Source: Lachnospiraceae bacterium
GTDB lineage: Bacteria > Bacillota > Clostridia > Lachnospirales > Lachnospiraceae
Direction: 5' to 3'
Assembly: GCA_015057445.1 (NCBI GenBank)
Contig: SVEI01000004.1
Span: forward strand, 6,571 to 70,570
DNA length: 64,000 nt
Both the position numbers and the translations under genes were made by a program. The notes beneath the pieces were generated by a model. It was not told where the DNA came from, made no database searches, and saw nothing but the letters and a program-made list of their open reading frames with translations. Of this stretch, positions 57,885 through 64,000 are shown one piece after another. The stretch's first letter is position 1. Each line of letters starts with the position of its first letter.

Positions 57885-58053
57885 CACAAGCTGTAAGGGG
57901 GTATTCTTAGCACACCATTTTTATGCCAAACATGTTCATATTTATAATTTTTACGTAATTTATTGCAAGCTTGTATTTTTTTAGACAACTAATGTTATAG
58001 TTTATATCTGAACTAACAAAAGATATTAGCTTTTATAAAAAGGAGGAATTACT

Positions 58054-59943
58054 ATGACACGTAACAAGATGAAAATTATGGCATATATACTGGTACATGT
58101 TTTGGTTATGTGCTGTTGTGGTTCGATAGGCAACATATCATCTAAAGCACAGCAACATTATGATTATGCAGTAGATGATTATTATGAGCTTGATGATGTG
58201 ATTAAATCATTGCCGGCAGGTTCAGACGTTACAATAATGATAAGGGAGGATTTTGATTGTGATTTCTTAGATCCTAGTAAAGAACAATACACAACATTGC
58301 AATATACCATAGATTTTAATGACATATCGGTATATTTTATTACAGAAAATAATGTAAATATGGATATTGAACAGATGTCCATAGAAGGATATGGAAGCTA
58401 TATTGAGTTTTCACCACAGATTATTTTTAAATCTTCATGGTGTAATTCCTTGACTATTGGAACATATTCAAGTAAAGAATTTAATACAGTAGTTATTAAT
58501 GGCGATGTATGTGGAGAACCAGAGTTGTGGAATTGGTCAGCAATTCAAGGTACGGTTCCATTAGGTTCGTACTATAGAGGTGGCGGACTTATTGTTTGTG
58601 ACGCTAATGTAATTGTTAATGGTGATATATATTCAGGAAAAAATGGTATAGGACTTTCAACATATTGTAATGGTTCGGTTATAGTAAATGGTGATGTTTA
58701 TGTAGAAGATGGGGGAGTAGTAAACGGTTGTGGAGTTAGAACCTTTGACAGCTCTGTGGTTACAGTGTATGGAAATATTTATGGTGGTGACATAGTTCAA
58801 GGTGAATATTATTCTGATGACAGAGATATAGATTGTCATGGAGTATGGGCGAGGGACAATTCTACAGTATATTGTTCTGGACAGGTTTTGAGTGGAAAAG
58901 TATATAATGGGGAAAAGTATGATAATATTAAGCTTACAGAATCTGCAAAATTTTATAATATTGATGAGAAAGCATCAGGCTATGGTGTAGGAGTTCGTTA
59001 TACTACTCACGTGCAAAGCTACGGTTGGAAGGATATGAGTTATAATGGAGAATCATCAGGAACAACTGGGCAAGGTAAACGTTTAGAGTCAGTTGTGATA
59101 GATCTCTATGGCAATGATAATCTTAGTATTAGATATCGTACACATGTGCAGTCATACGGATGGATGCATTGGGTTCCAGAAGGTGGTGTCTCTGGAACTA
59201 GCGGTGAATCAAAGAGATTGGAGGCTATATGCATAGAGCTTACAGGATCTGACAAGGACAAATATGATATCTTCTATAGAGTTCATGCTCAGGGCTACGG
59301 CTGGCTTGGATGGGCTGAAAATGGTCAGCCGGCAGGAACAGCCGGACAGGGTAAGAGACTAGAAGCTATAGAGATAAAGGTTTTGCCTAAGGGTACTATT
59401 CCTGCTGGTGTAGTTGGATACTCTTATGTTGAACTTGGCAAGTCTGCTAATAATTCTGCTTATGCAGGTAAAATAAACTACCAAACTCATGTACAAAGTT
59501 ATGGAAATCAGTCTTATGTATATGATGGTTCAGTGTCAGGAACATTTGGAGAGGCAAAAAGACTAGAAGGTATTAAGATAAATGTAAATAACGACCTTAC
59601 AGGTGTAAGTGGTGGAATTACTTATAGAACCCATGTACAATCTTATGGCTGGCTTGATTGGGTAAGTGACGGTCAGTTCAGTGGAACAGCAGGTGAAAGT
59701 AAGCGACTTGAAGCTATAGAAATAAAACTTACAGGCGATATGGAAAAGTACCATGATGTATACTATAGAGTTCATTCCCAAACCTTTGGTTGGCTTGGTT
59801 GGGCAAAAAATGGTGAGCCAGCAGGAACAGCAGGTTATGCAAAGCGACTTGAAGGTATTCAGGTAGTAATTTTGTTGAAGGGAAGTCAGGCACCAAACAA
59901 TTTACCGGCTTCAAATGGAATAGCAGCATACATTTCTAAATAA
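58054..59943 (+). CDS. Secreted protein with beta-helix-like N-terminus and about 6 ChW repeats (C-half paralogous to 10207)
   Basis: Signal-like N-terminus; repeated VIVNGDxY; YTTHVQSYGW..KRLE repeats; AGGAGG RBS. Confidence 0.88.
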   Translation: MTRNKMKIMAYILVHVLVMCCCGSIGNISSKAQQHYDYAVDDYYELDDVIKSLPAGSDVTIMIREDFDCDFLDPSKEQYTTLQYTIDFNDISVYFITENNVNMDIEQMSIEGYGSYIEFSPQIIFKSSWCNSLTIGTYSSKEFNTVVINGDVCGEPELWNWSAIQGTVPLGSYYRGGGLIVCDANVIVNGDIYSGKNGIGLSTYCNGSVIVNGDVYVEDGGVVNGCGVRTFDSSVVTVYGNIYGGDIVQGEYYSDDRDIDCHGVWARDNSTVYCSGQVLSGKVYNGEKYDNIKLTESAKFYNIDEKASGYGVGVRYTTHVQSYGWKDMSYNGESSGTTGQGKRLESVVIDLYGNDNLSIRYRTHVQSYGWMHWVPEGGVSGTSGESKRLEAICIELTGSDKDKYDIFYRVHAQGYGWLGWAENGQPAGTAGQGKRLEAIEIKVLPKGTIPAGVVGYSYVELGKSANNSAYAGKINYQTHVQSYGNQSYVYDGSVSGTFGEAKRLEGIKINVNNDLTGVSGGITYRTHVQSYGWLDWVSDGQFSGTAGESKRLEAIEIKLTGDMEKYHDVYYRVHSQTFGWLGWAKNGEPAGTAGYAKRLEGIQVVILLKGSQAPNNLPASNGIAAYISK

Positions 59944-60012
59944 AAAAATAGAGACAATCAGTAAGGACATTAATGTTGTGGTCCCTCATAGTAGCTGGTT
60001 GTCTCTATTTAT
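59944..60012. terminator. Bidirectional terminator-like inverted repeat
   Basis: AAAATAGAGACAATCAG..CTGGTTGTCTCTATTTT between convergent genes. Confidence 0.7.
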
Positions 60013-60024
60013 TTAGTTAATTTG

Positions 60025-60600
60025 TTATTTCCTTGCGTCGGATAAGGCCGAATCTATAGCATCTAGAATCAAAATGGTGGTGTATTTGTTATCGGAAGAA
60101 TATGTAATATCATCAACAGATGAAACCAGTCCTATCTGAGAGTTTATCTCGTCTATAGATGGTTGTACAAGTGGATACATAGCAGTAAGAGTTTCGTCCA
60201 TATTGTCAATGGATACACCAGTTACACGATTTTCATCTACTGTTACAGATAGTTGCAAAGATGAGCCGCCTAAATTAAGCTGGGAAGTATATACACCTGG
60301 TACGTAATTCGAAAATGTTTCTTCAACAGCTTCAGTAGTAATAGCTTCCGTTGAAATATTTTCAGATTCTACAGATGGGTTCTCAACATTTATAGAAATA
60401 TCCGAGTTATCATTCATTTGTTTTTCAGATTCGGTAACACTGATTTTGTTATTAGATTTGCCTTTGTTAGCATTTTTTTCTTTATCTGGGGAAAACATAT
60501 AAAAAAGCAATAATATAAGCATAATTCCCAGAACGATAAAGATGCCGGTATAGATTAGTTCTTTTGATTTTAAAACAACGATTTTGGTTTTTGATGACAT
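60025..60600 (-). CDS. Hypothetical single-TM protein (FMN-binding-like ectodomain)
   Basis: TM then YVPGVYTS..LSVTVD..DAIDSAL; GAGAGG RBS on the minus strand. Confidence 0.7.
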   Translation of the reverse strand: MSSKTKIVVLKSKELIYTGIFIVLGIMLILLLFYMFSPDKEKNANKGKSNNKISVTESEKQMNDNSDISINVENPSVESENISTEAITTEAVEETFSNYVPGVYTSQLNLGGSSLQLSVTVDENRVTGVSIDNMDETLTAMYPLVQPSIDEINSQIGLVSSVDDITYSSDNKYTTILILDAIDSALSDARK

Positions 60601-60712
60601 AGTTTTTACCTCTCTTATAAATTATTATATTTATATTCTATGGTTATAAAAATAATGCCTAATATAGATTATAAAACATAGTGAAAAAACTGTATTACAC
60701 AGATATATTTTC

Positions 60713-60741
60713 TTGAAAAGATACCATTTACATAATATAAT
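60713..60741 (+). promoter_or_regulatory. SigA promoter
   Basis: TTGAAA-17-TATAAT. Confidence 0.65.
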
Positions 60742-60797
60742 TAAGGTATAAAGAGTATTGTAACTAATAATGGATTTGGCTTTTGGAGGAAGTAGTT

Positions 60798-63185
60798 ATG
60801 GGGGATAAAGACAAGCTATTCAAAAGTGAATTCAGCATTCCTGTTAGTGAACGTTTAGAAGAGTATAAAAGTCAAGGCTTTGATGCATTTCAGCTTGCGG
60901 AGATAGAGCTTGGATTAAAGGCAGGAGTGGATGTAAAACAGTATGCAAAGAGAAGGTATATTTTCCTTCAGATGGCAGAACTAAGGAAGGGGCTTATTTC
61001 AAAGGTTGACATAAGTCTTTATTCTGATGTGTATTTTGACTGGTTTCAGATGCGTGAGATAAGACGTGGACTAGAAGAAGGAGTTGATGTTTCTATCTAT
61101 AGAGATAGAGATATTGACCATCTTATTATGCGTGAGATTAGAAAAGGCTTAGTAGATAATATAAATTTAATGCCTTATGTTAAGAGAGGTCTTAACAGAA
61201 CTATTTTGCAAGTGATAAGAAAGGCAAAGCTGGATAATGTGAATTTAGATAGTTTTGTGGATCAGGGGTATGACAGTAGTCAATTAGACGAACTTAGAAA
61301 AGGAATCAAATATAATCTCAATATAACGGAGTATGAAAATCCGTTATTATCAGGTGCCCAAATGCGAGAAATTCGCTATGGTCTAAGGGCAGGAATCGAC
61401 ATAAACGATTACAATAATATAACATATAATTGGATGCAAATGCAGGAAATAAGACTTGGTATTATGAATCAGGTGGATATATTCTGGTATGCCAACGAGT
61501 ATTTTAATGCAAGGCAGATGCGAGAGATTAGACTTGGTCTAGAAGAGGGATTAGATGTTTTTTCTTATGCTTCCCAACTTTGGAGTGCTACTGACATGAG
61601 AAGAAAAAGAGAGCAACTTATAAAACAGCGAGAGGAAGAAAAAGAAAAGCAACGTAATAAAGCAAAAGATGCAAGCCAAACTGCAAGTATTATACCGTAT
61701 TCTGATGAAAAACAGTCAAATGTGGACGAGGGCTTTGTTGATAGGGATTTATTTGAGAAAGATATGCCAGAGATATTATCCTATGAGGATATTACAGGTG
61801 TAGATATACATTTGGAAATTAGTAGTGATGAGATGGTGGCAGAACTTGTATTTCCAAAAACCACAGGTCAGTTAATTGTCACTAGGGCAAAGATTGAAAG
61901 ATTATTTGAATCAAATGGAGTTAAGCAGGGAATTAAAGAGCAGGTTGTTGATAGACTTGCATCAGGCTATGTACCAGAGAATGGACGAGTAGTTGTGGCA
62001 GAAGGTACTCCTGCTGTTCACGGCAAAGATGGTTATTATTACTTTATGTTTAAGACGGAGCTACCTACAATGCCAAAGGTGAAAAGTGATGGTTCTGTAG
62101 ACTACAAAAATGTAGACCTTTTTGAATTGGTAGAAGAGGGGCAGAAGATAGCAGTTTTTTATCCAGCAACCAGTGGCAATTATGGTTTTACAGTAAAAGG
62201 TAAGCTTATCACACCAGTTAAGGGTAAGAATCCGCCTAAGATTACTGGTAGTGGTTTTAGAATACTAGATGATGGAATTACATATATCGCCGCCGTAAGT
62301 GGAAGCATTTCTTACAATAACTACACAATTAAAATATCGAATTTGTACCACGTTAAGGGAGATGTCACAGCATCATCTGGAAATATTAGATTTAATGGAG
62401 ATGTACACGTTAGTGGTTTTGTAGGCAGTGGTGTAACTATTGAAGCTGATGGTAATATTGTAATAGATGGAAATGTTGAAGCGGCAGTTATAAAAGCTGG
62501 AAATGATGTCTTAATTCGTTCAGGAGTATCTGGTAGGGATGAGGGCATTATTAAAGCAGGTAGAAATATTTATGGTAAATATTTTGAAAATATAATCTTA
62601 AGAGCTGATAATAACATCGAGAGTAATTATATTCTTAACTGTGAGAGTATAGCTATGAATGGAATAAATGTATCAGGAGAAAAAGGTGCTATAGTTGGTG
62701 GTGTTACCTATGCAATATATGGAATCAATGCATCAGTTATAGGTAACCAAGCGGAGATAAAGACGGTATTTGAAATAGGCGCTAACAAGTTCTACAAACA
62801 GCGAGTTAAAGATATGGATGCTAATATCGAAGAAGCTGGCAAGAAGGCGTTGGTTTTGAAAAAGGAGATGGAGAGAATAATAGGTAGTAGGTCTCCTGAA
62901 GAGTTGAAAAGCCTTACTCTTTTCCAGAATGTTCAGGCATCTCTTATTAATAAGTTGCATGAGCTAGAAACTATGAAGGGCGAACTTAATGAATATACTA
63001 GGAAGAAAGAAAAAGCAGTAACAGAAATTGGTGTCAGAGTAAAGAATTACGCATATCCAGGAGTTTTGATTAGGGTTGACGATAAACATTTGTCCCTTAC
63101 GGATATTGTATGCGAAGTATTTTTCAGAAGACAGAATAATAAGATAGCAATGTTTTCTTTAGATGATGAGAACGCAGGCATGTAA
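60798..63185 (+). CDS. FapA/DUF342-family protein with N-terminal 26-aa helical repeats
   Basis: VAEGTPAVHGKDG, DGSVDYKN, GDV...GNI.F.GDV; about 9 QMREIRxGLxxGxDxxxY repeats. Confidence 0.85.
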   Translation: MGDKDKLFKSEFSIPVSERLEEYKSQGFDAFQLAEIELGLKAGVDVKQYAKRRYIFLQMAELRKGLISKVDISLYSDVYFDWFQMREIRRGLEEGVDVSIYRDRDIDHLIMREIRKGLVDNINLMPYVKRGLNRTILQVIRKAKLDNVNLDSFVDQGYDSSQLDELRKGIKYNLNITEYENPLLSGAQMREIRYGLRAGIDINDYNNITYNWMQMQEIRLGIMNQVDIFWYANEYFNARQMREIRLGLEEGLDVFSYASQLWSATDMRRKREQLIKQREEEKEKQRNKAKDASQTASIIPYSDEKQSNVDEGFVDRDLFEKDMPEILSYEDITGVDIHLEISSDEMVAELVFPKTTGQLIVTRAKIERLFESNGVKQGIKEQVVDRLASGYVPENGRVVVAEGTPAVHGKDGYYYFMFKTELPTMPKVKSDGSVDYKNVDLFELVEEGQKIAVFYPATSGNYGFTVKGKLITPVKGKNPPKITGSGFRILDDGITYIAAVSGSISYNNYTIKISNLYHVKGDVTASSGNIRFNGDVHVSGFVGSGVTIEADGNIVIDGNVEAAVIKAGNDVLIRSGVSGRDEGIIKAGRNIYGKYFENIILRADNNIESNYILNCESIAMNGINVSGEKGAIVGGVTYAIYGINASVIGNQAEIKTVFEIGANKFYKQRVKDMDANIEEAGKKALVLKKEMERIIGSRSPEELKSLTLFQNVQASLINKLHELETMKGELNEYTRKKEKAVTEIGVRVKNYAYPGVLIRVDDKHLSLTDIVCEVFFRRQNNKIAMFSLDDENAGM

Positions 63186-63241
63186 AGATTGATGGAAGAA
63201 GGTATACTAAGGGAGTTTTATTGTACTTATGGAGGTATATT

Positions 63242-64000
63242 ATGGATGCTAATAAGAAGAGAAATATTATAATTGCAGACAGTAATGATGAGAGAGCTTC
63301 AGAACTTCACAGTCTTTTGTCTGGTTCTTACAATGTTATAATGGTATCGGATGGAGAGCAACTCCTAAAAAAGGTAGCGGATTATTTTAAGAAGTTATCT
63401 GCTATAATTTTGGATGGAGATATTCCTAAGATATCTGCAGGACAAGTTATGGACGCTCTTAGAAACAAAAAGATTACCAAATATGTACCTGTTATCGTTA
63501 TGGCAGATAGAACATCGGAGATAACTAGAATGTTCTATGATAAGGGTGCAGCTGCATTTCTTAGACCACCTTATAATTCTAAGTCTGCAAAAGCTAAGGT
63601 GGACAATCTAGTTAAAACATATGCGGAGCGAAAGTGGTTAGAGAAGAAGGTTATTCAGCAGAATCGCGAGCTTACATATCAAGCAGATATGCTAAGAAAA
63701 CTTAATAATAATATTCTTGATATGATGGGTACTATTATCGAGTTTAGAGGTATAGAAGATAATAATCATATAAGGAGAGTTAAAGAATATACGCAGATTC
63801 TAGGAGAAGCTGTAGCAACATTTTTTAAAGAGTACGAACTGGATGCAGAGCATATTAACTATATAGCTTCAGCATCTAGTATGCATGATATTGGGAAGAT
63901 ACTTATTCCAGATAGTATTGTGCTTAAAGCAGGAAAATTAACTGCTGATGAATTTGATATTATAAAGTCCCATACTACAAAGGGCTGTGAGATGTTAGAG
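63242..64000 (+). CDS. Receiver + HD-GYP-type phosphodiesterase (3'-truncated; not in ORF track)
   Basis: GGAGG RBS; MDANKKRNIIIAD..AIILDG..; HIKRV..MHDIGKILIPDSIVLKAGKLT.DEF.IIKSHT.KG. Confidence 0.9.
   Translation, partial: MDANKKRNIIIADSNDERASELHSLLSGSYNVIMVSDGEQLLKKVADYFKKLSAIILDGDIPKISAGQVMDALRNKKITKYVPVIVMADRTSEITRMFYDKGAAAFLRPPYNSKSAKAKVDNLVKTYAERKWLEKKVIQQNRELTYQADMLRKLNNNILDMMGTIIEFRGIEDNNHIRRVKEYTQILGEAVATFFKEYELDAEHINYIASASSMHDIGKILIPDSIVLKAGKLTADEFDIIKSHTTKGCEMLE

Noticed and set aside
8625-60797. Longest-ORF starts from the track (8625, 9332, 10138, 13369, 14100, 15115, 17360, 20945, 32725, 35596, 40763, 45409, 49325, 55297, 60783)
   Set aside because: Downstream ATGs have better Shine-Dalgarno spacing or avoid overlaps, and match paralog N-termini.
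1447-62960. Numerous short minus-strand and nested ORFs in the track (e.g. 24217..24537, 28664..29116, 30761..31363, 50750..51370)
   Set aside because: They lie antisense to or inside well-supported genes, mirror their codon bias or low complexity, and lack motifs.

Overview
AT-rich Firmicute (Clostridia/Lachnospiraceae-like, inferred from gene content) chromosomal window with almost all genes on the + strand. Bases 1-38.4 kb are a very large Ser/Thr phospho-signalling locus. It holds six intact Hanks-type kinases (five membrane receptors with Zn-ribbon N-termini and solute-binding, PASTA/cohesin-like or PASTA/PG-binding ectodomains; one soluble kinase-FHA) plus one internally deleted kinase relic. 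It also has two PP2C phosphatases, 12 FHA-bearing genes (including an FHA-FHA-ABC exporter and a vWA-TM-FHA receptor), five LytTR regulators, a pseudo/true AgrC-like kinase pair, a CHAP hydrolase and a ChW-repeat surface protein. A WTRCA-N16-WTRCA (21-bp period) box sits 32-34 bp before a -10 hexamer at 8-9 promoters, including a satellite FHA/ChW pair at 56-60 kb, suggesting one LytTR regulon. The cluster is followed by a rare tRNA-Leu(AAG) and mostly housekeeping genes (hybrid histidine kinase, vWA, Na/Pi transporter, O-antigen ligase-like, CDF transporter, T-box-tyrS, deacetylase, serpin, D-LDH, topB, FapA, HD-GYP regulator). No CRISPR, transposase, integrase or rRNA was seen. All domain calls are by-eye motif recognition, not database searches.
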